Below, piece after piece: positions 36,244 to 46,450 of a stretch of DNA of 64,000 nt (within the stretch, counting starts at the first letter, position 1; the number at the start of each line of letters is the position of its first letter). Source of the stretch: a virus (Duplodnaviria; Heunggongvirae; Uroviricota; Caudoviricetes); IMG/VR virus record IMGVR_UViG_3300010049_000010, positions 64,749 through 128,748 of that record; one strand, 5' to 3'. Both the position numbers and the translations under genes were made by a program. A model generated the notes under the pieces. That model was given only the letters and a program-made list of their open reading frames with translations, was not told the DNA's origin and did no database searches.

Positions 36244-36465
36244 CTAGTTTTCATTTATTTGATCCCATGCTGAATCCCAGCCAACTTGATGTCCATGCTC
36301 GTAACCGTTGTCATTGCCGGATTCCCAAGCGTCTTCTCTTTCTGCTTCAACTAATTCATCAATAAAATCTGTAAGCTCTTCAGCAAGCGCGTCATTCATT
36401 ATGCGATAATTTGCTAAAATAGCTGATAAATTATCTATTATTTCGTCACGTGTTTTAGTTTCCAT
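36244..36465 (-). CDS. small acidic protein
   Basis: ORF only. Confidence 0.35.
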   Translation of the reverse strand: METKTRDEIIDNLSAILANYRIMNDALAEELTDFIDELVEAEREDAWESGNDNGYEHGHQVGWDSAWDQINEN

Positions 36466-36880
36466 TTCTGTATTTTCCTTTTAATAATTCGATTGGCCCT
36501 TTGAAAGTCCCAGTGTGACCTGCTTTTGTAAAAATAAGAGGATATCTGCTGTTTTTAGTTTTGAAGTCTACGATTGTGATAACTTCGCCTTTTATTGTAA
36601 GCCACTGCGCACCTATAAACCCACCGTCAAAATCACTGTGAATTTCGTTACAGTGAAAAAGTTTTCTGGCGACTGCTCGACAAGCTCTCATTTCGAGATT
36701 TCTGTCAACAATCGGTTTTCCGCCCCACATATTTTTGACTTCAAGTTTTGTGTGAAAGCCTGCATCGTTGTATGAAATGTTATTCAAATTTATCTTGACA
36801 TTGTAATTTTTTTCTAGTTGAGCAACCGCACTGGCAAAGTCTGCTCTAAACTCTTTTAATGTTTGTTCGTTCATATTCAT
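36455..36880 (-). CDS. hypothetical protein
   Basis: ORF only. Confidence 0.4.
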   Translation of the reverse strand: MNMNEQTLKEFRADFASAVAQLEKNYNVKINLNNISYNDAGFHTKLEVKNMWGGKPIVDRNLEMRACRAVARKLFHCNEIHSDFDGGFIGAQWLTIKGEVITIVDFKTKNSRYPLIFTKAGHTGTFKGPIELLKGKYRNGN

Positions 36881-36896
36881 AATAATATATAAGATA

Positions 36897-38147
36897 TTAT
36901 GAATTTATGTTCAAACCTACTAACTTCCCAAGTTTAGTGTCTTCTTTAACAAGTTTTAATAAATAAGGGTTTGATTTAGCATCAAAAATATTTTTAGATA
37001 AATCAGTAATTGATCCATCTTTTACTGCCATATTATATAATTCAGTTCCTTTATAAATAATAACAGAACAATAAAAAACTCTATCAAAACCAATTTGTTG
37101 TATCTCTGGGATATTATATCTTACATCATTAATATTGTCCCATGGAAATCCAATTAGAACATTAGAACGAACTTCAAAATCATATTGTTGAAATAATTTA
37201 ATCACATATTCTAAATTATCTAATTTTGTTAGACCTAATTTTCCTACATTTTTCATTGAGTCAAAAGATACTGAATCAAGATTAAGACATACAACACAAA
37301 TTTTTGAATTATTTCTATCACATATTTCACTATATAATCTGACAAGATCTTCATCAACCATAGTAAAATCAATATCTAAAAAATATATTTTGCAATTTTT
37401 TTCTTTAAGAAATTGCATGATAGTCATCCAATATTCTTTTTCAGCCCAAGGCACATCATCTAATATAAGAAACGATTGAGCTCCATTATCTATGTAATAT
37501 TGTAAATCTGAAATTACTTTTTCTATAGATGGATATGACCTAATACAATTTCTTATTAAAGGATTTGGACAAAATACGCATGCATTTTCGCATCCTCTAG
37601 TAATCATAATAGGCATGTGTTTTTCTATTCTTTGAATAGGTTTTAATATATCTAAATCTTTTAAAACATAATTATAAACATTTTCTTTTCTCATTGTATA
37701 CCAATAAGGAGTATTTAGTAAATATTCTTTTTTGTTTTCAGCTTCAATAAGTTCTTTCATCGGAACTTCACCCTCACCCATACAAATACCATCAAAATAT
37801 TGAATAAGTTTTTCTTTTTCTATATTAGAATAATATCCGCCCGCTACAATAAGAGAATTTTTATATCTTTTCTTTATTTTAGTAATAAATTTAATAAGTC
37901 TTTTTTCATCATTTGGAATAAAAGAGAGAGATACTCCTACAATGTCTGGTTTCCAAAAAATGAATTTAGGAGTTCTATATATTATTTCAAATTTGTTAAT
38001 AATATCTGAACAAAATGATTTAATACATTCTAATCCAAAATGAAAAAATTTGATAGAGAAAAAAACTTTATGAAATGAATATGCGAGAAAATGAAATAAA
38101 TCAAATAAAGTAAATTTATTATAATATTTTATTAGCAATATATTCAT
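36897..38147 (-). CDS. B12-binding-domain radical SAM enzyme (paralog A)
   Basis: N-terminal Rossmann-like cobalamin-binding region (…SLIVAGGYY…GEGEVPMKELIE) and a CX3CX2C motif (GCENACVFC). Confidence 0.65.
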   Translation of the reverse strand: MNILLIKYYNKFTLFDLFHFLAYSFHKVFFSIKFFHFGLECIKSFCSDIINKFEIIYRTPKFIFWKPDIVGVSLSFIPNDEKRLIKFITKIKKRYKNSLIVAGGYYSNIEKEKLIQYFDGICMGEGEVPMKELIEAENKKEYLLNTPYWYTMRKENVYNYVLKDLDILKPIQRIEKHMPIMITRGCENACVFCPNPLIRNCIRSYPSIEKVISDLQYYIDNGAQSFLILDDVPWAEKEYWMTIMQFLKEKNCKIYFLDIDFTMVDEDLVRLYSEICDRNNSKICVVCLNLDSVSFDSMKNVGKLGLTKLDNLEYVIKLFQQYDFEVRSNVLIGFPWDNINDVRYNIPEIQQIGFDRVFYCSVIIYKGTELYNMAVKDGSITDLSKNIFDAKSNPYLLKLVKEDTKLGKLVGLNINS

Positions 38148-39360
38148 CTTTATATAACCTTTTAGTTTCTTTGTTTATTACAAGTTTCTTGTATTTAATT
38201 TTGGTCCAAGGAGATACTGCAATAAGTTGTTCATCATCAATTAAGTTTTGTTTTTTAGCTTCATTATAAAGTTGTGTTCCATAATATAATTCTAATTCAG
38301 CTAAATTATAACTATCAATATTATATTCTTTTACAAAATCATTTATTAGTGGGGAATAATCTATATTTTCTTCCCATGGAAATCCATAAATAAAAATAGT
38401 CTGTACTTTTAATTTATATCTTTGAATTAATCTTATTTTTTCTTTAAAAATTTCAAAAGTTCCAGGTTTTCCCGTTTTATTAAAAAATTCCTCTGTCGGA
38501 ATACAATCTATATTAAGAGCAATTGCTGATTTAGATTTATTACAACCAGCATAAGAGTTTAAAATATTTTCAGTAATATAAATAAAATTATTATGTAATA
38601 CATATGCGGTAGCTTTATTTTCAGTTATAAAATCTAAAGTTTCACACCACAATTTTTCATTTTTAAAAGGACTATCATCTATAAAGAAAAAACCTTTAGC
38701 TCCTTTTGATATATAATATTTTATATCTTCTTTTACTTTTTCTATTGATTTCTCTCTATATGGCGGCGAATTATCAAACTTACAATAAATGCATTTTTCT
38801 GGACAATTTTTAGTAATAGTTAAAACTACTTTTTTACCAGTAAATTCTACTGGTTCTAATAAGTCTAAATCTTTCATAATATATGAACTAAAATTAGTTT
38901 TATTTTTAGTGTACCAATATGGTGTTTGTTCTAAGTAAGCTTTTTTATCAGTAGCTTCTAACAATTCTTTAAATGGTATTTCTCCTTCTCCTAAACATAT
39001 AGCATCTACATAATCTATAAATTTTTCTTTCATCACTTCAGCATACATTCCACCTAAAATAATAAGAGAATTAGGAGATCGTTTTCTTATTTTTTGAAAT
39101 ATTTTTATATTTCTATTATGATCATTATGAAGAATAACCATTGATATTGCAATTATATCGTAATTTTTCTTAAACTCAAAAAACCACGGCATATAATCAA
39201 ATATCTTCATAAAAGCAGTTGTATGTTTTTTACAATAAGATTTTATAGTAAGAAGTCCGTGATTCTTAAAAAAATTGTCAAAATTTATAAGTTTGAACAC
39301 TATCTTAAAAAATAAAGAAAGACCATTTTTATATAAGTTTCCTATCATCAATACTTTCAT
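38119..39360 (-). CDS. B12-binding-domain radical SAM enzyme (paralog B)
   Basis: Same architecture as paralog A: …SLIILGGMY…GEGEIPFKELLE plus CX3CX2C (NCPEKCIYC). Confidence 0.65.
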   Translation of the reverse strand: MKVLMIGNLYKNGLSLFFKIVFKLINFDNFFKNHGLLTIKSYCKKHTTAFMKIFDYMPWFFEFKKNYDIIAISMVILHNDHNRNIKIFQKIRKRSPNSLIILGGMYAEVMKEKFIDYVDAICLGEGEIPFKELLEATDKKAYLEQTPYWYTKNKTNFSSYIMKDLDLLEPVEFTGKKVVLTITKNCPEKCIYCKFDNSPPYREKSIEKVKEDIKYYISKGAKGFFFIDDSPFKNEKLWCETLDFITENKATAYVLHNNFIYITENILNSYAGCNKSKSAIALNIDCIPTEEFFNKTGKPGTFEIFKEKIRLIQRYKLKVQTIFIYGFPWEENIDYSPLINDFVKEYNIDSYNLAELELYYGTQLYNEAKKQNLIDDEQLIAVSPWTKIKYKKLVINKETKRLYKDEYIANKIL

Positions 39361-39493
39361 ATAATCTATATTAACTTTATATTTTATAAATTTTAGTATG
39401 AAATTTCTTTCCTTTTTAAAGATAAATTTAGAAATGCAAGAATTTGCCGACTAAACGGCTTTTTACAATAGATAATTCATTAAACTAATTATT

Positions 39494-42400
39494 ATGTATA
39501 CTTTGCGGGAAAGATATGAACAAATCAAGTTACGAGAAGATACTCACAGTTTGCATGTAGAAGACAGTCTTCTTAAGGGAAAAGATTATATAGAGAGAAT
39601 GCTAGGTTTCTTTAATCATGCTTTAGAGATAGTAGAGGGAAGTGATGATAGTAGTCAACCTAGACCTACAATTAAGTATGATGGAGCGCCTGCAATCGTA
39701 ATGTGGTCACAAAGAGAAGACATCAATGAAAGTTATGGTATTAGCACAAAGTCACTTTTTAACAATAATCCTAAATATTATGGTTCTGACGAGGAAATAG
39801 ACGCCGACAAAGATCGGGCTGATAGTCTTAAAATTAAGATGAAAATGGCTCTTAAATTAGCAGCTGAAAAGATTATTCCAGAGGGTGAGATTTGGCAAGG
39901 CGATTTGCTTTGGACAGCAGGTGATATTAAGAGCATAACTGATGATGGAATAAATTACGTTATTGCAAAACCAAATACTTTAGGATATGCAGCTCCAGCC
40001 GATTCAGATGTCGGTGAGAGAATGAAGAATAGCGATATTGGCATTGTATTTCATACGAGATATAAAGGTCCACTTGATGAGGTTAAACAGTCTAATGATG
40101 TGGATATTTCCGAGTGCAAAAATATACCAGATTGGGCATTTATATTTGACGCGAAGCTTCCCGATTTAAGGGGGAAAGTAACTTTTGATTCTAATGCGTC
40201 TCGTGGACTTAAGAATAGTATTGGAGAATTAAGAAGAAAATGCGCTGATTTAATGGACCACGAAAATTATGATGATTTAGTAAGCAATGAAGATTTTATC
40301 AATTTTTATATGATGACTCTTCAAAACCACAAAATAGACAAAGGTGAAAAAATTGATCCTGAAACTTTTAAGGAAGAACTTCATGATTGGATTAATGTAA
40401 AAATGCACAAAAAATATAATGACTTGAGCAAGTTAAAAACGAAAGCTGGCAGAGATAAAAAGCGAGACACTATTTTATCTACTAGCAGAGAATTACATTA
40501 TATTTGCAGAGAAAATGGAGACTTAATTCACAGTATAGCAGACGCATTATATTGGGCGACTTATATTAAGGGAATTTTGATAGAACAATTTAACAAAGCT
40601 CAAGAATGGATAACCAAGGTTGAAATGAGATCCGGAGGATGGAAGAACACCTCAGGCGAAGGATTCATGATTAGCGATAATGATGGAAAATTTGTTAAGT
40701 TTGTAGACAGATCTGCATTCAGTTATTTTAATAGGTCATCTGAAGTTGTAAAGGGCTTTGAAAGAATAACGGAAAGCGAAGAAAATAAGTGGAATAGGGA
40801 TGAACGCCTTGGCAAAGTTGGTCTTTATGATGATGATGATTGGCATGAAGCAATAGAAGATGATGATGAAGATAAAAATACTGAGGTTGATGAAAATGAA
40901 CAAGTTATTGAAATTGAAACAGAATTATCAGTAGAAGAAATTGAAAATATATGTCTCCGTGTTTTATCTGAAAGTTTAAGAGAAGCTTTTGAGATGGTGG
41001 ATACAGATAGCATTGAAAAAAGATTAAAAGCGATTAAGAGTGATAAATCTGTTACTTGGGTTTGGATAGAAAAAATAAATAAAAAAGCTAAAATTCATTA
41101 CTCAAGAGCAGAAAAAAAACCATCTGGAGGAAATTGGATAGAAGTTAAAAGAAAAGTTGAAATGTCTAATTCATCTAAAAAACCAATTGATAATTCAGAA
41201 AGATTTTTAATTAATAAAAATAATGATCAAAATAAAAATTTATGTTTAATTATAAAAAATATTTTAATTCCGAACATAGAAGACTGGTCTATTTGGAAAA
41301 ATATTGGTTTACAAATAAGTAAATCAGATTCGAGTTCATCTATTTTAGTTAATGTTTGGAAGGACGATGACCCTTTAGGTGGAAATGAAATAGAAGAACT
41401 CTCACTTGGTTTAAAAGGAGTGGATGGTGAAGATTGGTCTTGTAGTGATAATAAAAATAAAAGATTAAGTTTAACTTATAAAAAATTTACAATAAATTTT
41501 AGAAATACAGGTGGAGGAAAAGCAACTGTTATTTATTTTGATAAAAATGGAAACTTAAAATCAATTGAAAAATCATCAAATAAATTTAGTGATTCTGTTA
41601 TTACATCTATACAAGAATCATTAACAGGATTATTTTTAACAATGTCTTTTAATAATGATAAATCAAATTATGCTAAATATGAAAAAATATTATTAACGAT
41701 AGATAATCCTATTTTTGTTAAAAACTTAGTTCAAAAGGATTCAAGCACTTTTAATGTTTCAGGTTTTTCTAATGTTTTAAATTCTTGGAGAGAATCAATA
41801 AAAAATAGTTCTTCTGAAATAATTAAAAGAAAAATTCTAGGTTCATATAAAAAATTATCAAGTGGGCAATGGAAAATAATTCATCCAAGTCTTTATAAAA
41901 CTGACGATTCATATCTTAATTCTATTATTGATTTTAATCCTTATTTAAGTAGACATCTTTTTTCTAATTTTAATTATAAAAATATAATGAGTAGAGATAC
42001 TGCAAATCCTGCAGATATATTTATTATTAATACTGGAACATCATCTTATGATAAATCATTATCTTATGATAGTTTAATTGAAGATTTAAATAATTTAAGA
42101 AAAGATCAATTATATAAAAAAGGTGGAGAATTAAAAAGTTTAACAAGTGTTACCGCATCCACTGAAAATATAAGAGATGCTTTTGTTGCTACACTTAATA
42201 AATATTTTGATGCCGGAATTCTTATTGGAATAAGTTTAAAGAAAACTACTAAAAATGCTAATGTAATTAAATCAGCAACTCATAATTCTTTAAGTGAAAA
42301 TTTAAATAAAGATGATTTATCTTGTTTTGTTTTTAATGATAACAAAAATGATACAATAAAAAGTTTTTCTTTCTCAGGACCACCATATTTAAATAAACAA

Positions 42401-43009
42401 AATAAAAATAATGGAAAAAGTGCTTATTTAATTATAAATGTAGATGGAAATCATCTACATTTAGGAAAAAATATTGCAGAATTAAAAATGGATATTAGAA
42501 TTCCAAGTAGCGGTAATATAAATTCTCCTCCTGTTTCTGAGATAATAATGAATCAATCAGAAGCTAGATTTGGAAAATCTACTGAAGCAGTTAGACTTGT
42601 TTTAAATAATTTTAGAAAAAGATATAAATCAAATATTGCTTCATATATTACAAAATTTTTAAATCAAGAAAATGTTACTTTACGTGAATCTTTAAGATTA
42701 TTTGAAGAAGTTTATAATATATCAAATCGTTTATATGAAGATGAAGATGAAGATGATACTCCAGATAATATTAATTTAAAAGGAAGAATTGATGAAAATA
42801 AAGTGAAAGCTTTAAAAGCAAATTTTTATTTAAAATGTTTAATTCAAGAAATAGGTGGAAGTGTTTCTAATAATAATATAAATTCTTTAATAAAAGAGAA
42901 CTTAACTAAAGTTTTTGCACGTGGCATGAAATATAAGATATATTCATTAAGAACAAAATTATTTGAAAGTTTTAATAATGGTGTAGTAAATTATTTTAAA
43001 ATATTTTAG
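39494..43009 (+). CDS. giant protein (1171 aa): N-terminal RNA/DNA-ligase-like nucleotidyltransferase domain, an acidic linker, and about 600 aa of N/K/S-rich low complexity
   Basis: Motif I TIKYDGAP (KxDG), motif IV GEGFMI and motif V KFVKFVDR. The C-terminal half is compositionally extreme. Confidence 0.45.
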   Translation: MYTLRERYEQIKLREDTHSLHVEDSLLKGKDYIERMLGFFNHALEIVEGSDDSSQPRPTIKYDGAPAIVMWSQREDINESYGISTKSLFNNNPKYYGSDEEIDADKDRADSLKIKMKMALKLAAEKIIPEGEIWQGDLLWTAGDIKSITDDGINYVIAKPNTLGYAAPADSDVGERMKNSDIGIVFHTRYKGPLDEVKQSNDVDISECKNIPDWAFIFDAKLPDLRGKVTFDSNASRGLKNSIGELRRKCADLMDHENYDDLVSNEDFINFYMMTLQNHKIDKGEKIDPETFKEELHDWINVKMHKKYNDLSKLKTKAGRDKKRDTILSTSRELHYICRENGDLIHSIADALYWATYIKGILIEQFNKAQEWITKVEMRSGGWKNTSGEGFMISDNDGKFVKFVDRSAFSYFNRSSEVVKGFERITESEENKWNRDERLGKVGLYDDDDWHEAIEDDDEDKNTEVDENEQVIEIETELSVEEIENICLRVLSESLREAFEMVDTDSIEKRLKAIKSDKSVTWVWIEKINKKAKIHYSRAEKKPSGGNWIEVKRKVEMSNSSKKPIDNSERFLINKNNDQNKNLCLIIKNILIPNIEDWSIWKNIGLQISKSDSSSSILVNVWKDDDPLGGNEIEELSLGLKGVDGEDWSCSDNKNKRLSLTYKKFTINFRNTGGGKATVIYFDKNGNLKSIEKSSNKFSDSVITSIQESLTGLFLTMSFNNDKSNYAKYEKILLTIDNPIFVKNLVQKDSSTFNVSGFSNVLNSWRESIKNSSSEIIKRKILGSYKKLSSGQWKIIHPSLYKTDDSYLNSIIDFNPYLSRHLFSNFNYKNIMSRDTANPADIFIINTGTSSYDKSLSYDSLIEDLNNLRKDQLYKKGGELKSLTSVTASTENIRDAFVATLNKYFDAGILIGISLKKTTKNANVIKSATHNSLSENLNKDDLSCFVFNDNKNDTIKSFSFSGPPYLNKQNKNNGKSAYLIINVDGNHLHLGKNIAELKMDIRIPSSGNINSPPVSEIIMNQSEARFGKSTEAVRLVLNNFRKRYKSNIASYITKFLNQENVTLRESLRLFEEVYNISNRLYEDEDEDDTPDNINLKGRIDENKVKALKANFYLKCLIQEIGGSVSNNNINSLIKENLTKVFARGMKYKIYSLRTKLFESFNNGVVNYFKIF

Positions 43010-43018
43010 GAGATTAAA

Positions 43019-43858
43019 ATGAAAAAGATTAAAGAAATTTTAGCACTAGAATCTCCAATAGTTAACGCTTATAAAAAACAGCTCGACCTAATTAAATCTG
43101 CCGAAAAAAGAAGAAAATTAGAAAACTTACTAAGAACAGCAGCTCATAAAAATATATCTGGTCAAGCAAGCTCAACAGGAAAATATCATCCTAAGTTCGC
43201 TAATTCTGAATTTGGCTTGTCAAAACATACTAAAGCAGTAGTTAGAATTGTTCAAGTTATTTGCACAGTATTTGAAGAATTAGACCCTGATGTTATGATT
43301 ATAGCGGCTATCGCACATGACATGTTTAAATACGGAAGTGAAGACGCAGAACATACTTCTTGGGCTCATGCGAAAGACGCAGGAATGGCTTTACATCAAG
43401 TTGGATTAAAAGATGAAGCTAGACTTGTATATTGTCATATGGGAAACTTTGATAAAAAAGCAGCAGCACCAAAAGAATTAGACGAAAAATTATTACATCT
43501 TGCTGATTATATAGCAAGTCAGAAATTTATTAATATCAATTTTGATAAGGACCATAATTTATTGGAGGAAGATATGAAATCATTTATGCAAATATTTAGA
43601 GAAGCTCATCCATATCATGATAGTAATCGGCCAAGAGATAGTAAAAAACATGTAGGGATGCCTAAGTATATAATTCACAATGATTACTTATTAGAAAAAG
43701 ATGGTAAAGAATATTGTGTAGTAGAATATTTTCCAAGCGCATCATTTAATAAAAAGAAACATCATTATAATCCTACGCCAATTTATTCACATTGGTTAGA
43801 AGATAAAAGACTAATTGCACAAGCAGATAAGGCAGTAAAAGAATATGAAGAGTTTTAA
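43019..43858 (+). CDS. HD-domain phosphohydrolase
   Basis: H … HD motif (IAAIAHDMFKYG); paralog of the ORF at 57229..57810 (shared SSTGKYHP motif). Confidence 0.6.
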   Translation: MKKIKEILALESPIVNAYKKQLDLIKSAEKRRKLENLLRTAAHKNISGQASSTGKYHPKFANSEFGLSKHTKAVVRIVQVICTVFEELDPDVMIIAAIAHDMFKYGSEDAEHTSWAHAKDAGMALHQVGLKDEARLVYCHMGNFDKKAAAPKELDEKLLHLADYIASQKFININFDKDHNLLEEDMKSFMQIFREAHPYHDSNRPRDSKKHVGMPKYIIHNDYLLEKDGKEYCVVEYFPSASFNKKKHHYNPTPIYSHWLEDKRLIAQADKAVKEYEEF

Positions 43859-44717
43859 ACAAATATTACGAGAAGCTATAAATCCCTATGGTTCAGATGA
43901 GGGATATAATGATACTTGCGCAATAGCAATATCTCCTAGAAAAGAAGTTTTTTATCTTTCAGCATACCATCAACATGAAGGACTTTTAGAAAAATATTTT
44001 GATGATTTAGAAGGTGATGAATTATTAAATAAATCTTATGAAACAGGTTGGATAAGAATAAGAGTAAGTCATCATAAAAAGTGTATGATTTTTATAGATA
44101 TTTCTAGATTTAATAAAAAAAATTTAGAAACTCTATGGGACTTCTTTATGGATATGGATGATTTAAATTCTCGATTAACGCATTTTGATTCTGAAGATGG
44201 GGGCCCAAATGAATATAGTCCAAATATAAAAAAATGTGAAAATATTTATATTACTGAAAATTATAATGATAAGATTATTACAATAAAAACAAATTTTAAA
44301 GATATTATAAATTTAAAATTAGAAAATCAAGAATATAGATTAAATAATGTTACTGCAAATATAAAACCACAAGAGTTATTAGATAATTATACCTTTGAAG
44401 AAAGAAAAAAAGAAACTTCAAAATTTAAAATGAAACGTAATTTTATTTATATGTTTGATAAACATAATAATCTTTTAAATAAATGTTTACGTTTTGATGG
44501 TTTTGATTTAAGTTATGGAAGGGGCTCGCGTGATCCATCTAAGTTTACTAAAACATACTTAAATAAAAATCTTTACGAATATTGGTTTGGTGAAGCTTAT
44601 GAAGGCAAAAACGCAGAAAAAGCTGAATATGCAATCTTAAATGATATTAAATTTGAAAATTTAGATGAATTAAGAGATTATTTACAAAATGATTTTGATA
44701 TAAAGGATTTAAATTAA
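43845..44717 (+). CDS. MKSFKQILREA-family protein
   Basis: Shared N-terminal decapeptide. Confidence 0.5.
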   Translation: MKSFKQILREAINPYGSDEGYNDTCAIAISPRKEVFYLSAYHQHEGLLEKYFDDLEGDELLNKSYETGWIRIRVSHHKKCMIFIDISRFNKKNLETLWDFFMDMDDLNSRLTHFDSEDGGPNEYSPNIKKCENIYITENYNDKIITIKTNFKDIINLKLENQEYRLNNVTANIKPQELLDNYTFEERKKETSKFKMKRNFIYMFDKHNNLLNKCLRFDGFDLSYGRGSRDPSKFTKTYLNKNLYEYWFGEAYEGKNAEKAEYAILNDIKFENLDELRDYLQNDFDIKDLN

Positions 44718-45202
44718 TGCGAACATTTAAACAGATATTACAAGAAAGCACTGATGAATGGTTTATGACTAAGAAAAAAGTCTATACAATACAAGGAAGA
44801 ATATCTAATAAAACAGAAAGATATAAAAATAAATTAGAAGGTAATTCTTATGATATGTCTGACCCTCAATATGCAGATGATGAATGGGTAATTTTAAAAG
44901 GTACTGTAGGTGAACTGTGGCCTAATACTTTAGCTAAAACTTGTAGGACATATGGGGTAACTCCAGAAGATTTTGTTGAAGGCGAGTGGATTGACTTAAC
45001 TACACAAAAAGAATACGCATTTACAAATTGGGCCAAAATGAATACTGAACATATTGATTTACCAACAATGCATAATACTATGCATGGAAATCCTGGTAGT
45101 TATCTTGTTTGCACATTAGAAGATAAAGAAAAGAAAAATCCTTGGATAATACATGAAGATGTATTTCCTAACACATATTATACTAGGAATGAAGAAATAT
45201 GA
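44717..45202 (+). CDS. MRTFKQILQE-family protein
   Basis: Shared N-terminal decapeptide. Confidence 0.5.
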   Translation: MRTFKQILQESTDEWFMTKKKVYTIQGRISNKTERYKNKLEGNSYDMSDPQYADDEWVILKGTVGELWPNTLAKTCRTYGVTPEDFVEGEWIDLTTQKEYAFTNWAKMNTEHIDLPTMHNTMHGNPGSYLVCTLEDKEKKNPWIIHEDVFPNTYYTRNEEI

Positions 45203-45828
45203 AATTAACAGAATTACAACATGCTAAAAGAGCAGTTATAAACTTTGGTCGACTAAATCCACCAACAATAGGTCATGTAAAATTAGCTCGAGTTATGGCC
45301 GAAGCAGCAGAAGCATTAGACGCAACACCACTTTTATTTCTTTCTAATTCTTATGATGGAATACAAAGCGGGAAGAGTAAGCCGCCATATAAGAATCCCT
45401 TGCCATTCAGTTCTAAAATCAAATACTGTAAAGATGGCATTGGAGAATATGTGAATATTATTGATTCCAGAGTAATGAACTTATATGACGCATTAGCTGA
45501 AGTTTACAGAGCCGGTTATACTGAATGTTATCTTTTTGGTGGTGATGATAGAGCTGATGATTTTGATAAAGTTAAATCATATAATGGAAGCGAGAAATTA
45601 AGAGACAATCAATTTTTTGATTTTAAGATATTAGAAGTAATAAATGCTGGCAAGCGAGATGAAAATAGTAATAACGTTGAAGAGCAAGCTAGCGCATCAC
45701 TATTACGAAAATGCGTAGTAGATTTAGATTATGAGCGTTTTGAACAATTCGCAGGAACAAAAACTTTAACAGAAGAAATGTTTGAAGAAGTTGCTTTAGA
45801 AATGGGTATTGAATTTGATTGGGAGTAA
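45199..45828 (+). CDS. HxGH/ISSTxIR-superfamily nucleotidyltransferase (NMNAT-like)
   Basis: FGRLNPPTIGH matches the (H/T)xGH motif; SASLLRK matches ISSTxIR. Confidence 0.5.
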   Translation: MKLTELQHAKRAVINFGRLNPPTIGHVKLARVMAEAAEALDATPLLFLSNSYDGIQSGKSKPPYKNPLPFSSKIKYCKDGIGEYVNIIDSRVMNLYDALAEVYRAGYTECYLFGGDDRADDFDKVKSYNGSEKLRDNQFFDFKILEVINAGKRDENSNNVEEQASASLLRKCVVDLDYERFEQFAGTKTLTEEMFEEVALEMGIEFDWE

Positions 45829-45839
45829 AACTAAATAAT

Positions 45840-46448
45840 ATGAAATTATTTGAAAATATTTATAATCAATCATTACAAGAAAATTATAAAAAAACTTGTA
45901 GTAATTGTAATAAAAAATTTATATCAAAGATAGATATTTTTGGGCACACACTTTGTCCAACATGTGAAAAATCGGCCGCGAAATGTAAAGTTTGTGGTGA
46001 AAATATGCATGGTATGAAAGGTTGGCCGGAAGAACGAAAACTTGGAAAATGTTCTAATTGTTGGACTAAACAAGATTTGATTACTATTGGTTGGGAGCAA
46101 GATGAAAAAACTAAACGCGATGCGTTGAAAAATGCTGAAAATACTTTTATTAAATTAGAAATTGATGATGGCGATTTTATAATAAACCCTATGTCTTTCC
46201 CTGGTGGTGATGAATGGACTGAAGTTGATGATGGTGAATTTATTTATGAAGGAACAGTTGCTCAATTTATAGATGATATAACAAGCTACTATGATTACAG
46301 TCGTAACTCAGACAGAGAAGTACAAATATTTACTATATCAAAATCAAAGATTGCTGGATATTGTGTTGCAACACCTATTGGAAAAATATTTTCGTTTCAT
46401 AATAGATATGATGAAACGATTGCTTGTAAAGTTATAGAAAGGAGATAA
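45840..46448 (+). CDS. Cys-rich zinc-binding protein
   Basis: CSNC…CPTC…CKVC…CSNC. The start was moved to the ATG abutted by aactaaataat. Confidence 0.45.
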   Translation: MKLFENIYNQSLQENYKKTCSNCNKKFISKIDIFGHTLCPTCEKSAAKCKVCGENMHGMKGWPEERKLGKCSNCWTKQDLITIGWEQDEKTKRDALKNAENTFIKLEIDDGDFIINPMSFPGGDEWTEVDDGEFIYEGTVAQFIDDITSYYDYSRNSDREVQIFTISKSKIAGYCVATPIGKIFSFHNRYDETIACKVIERR

Positions 46449-46450
46449 TA

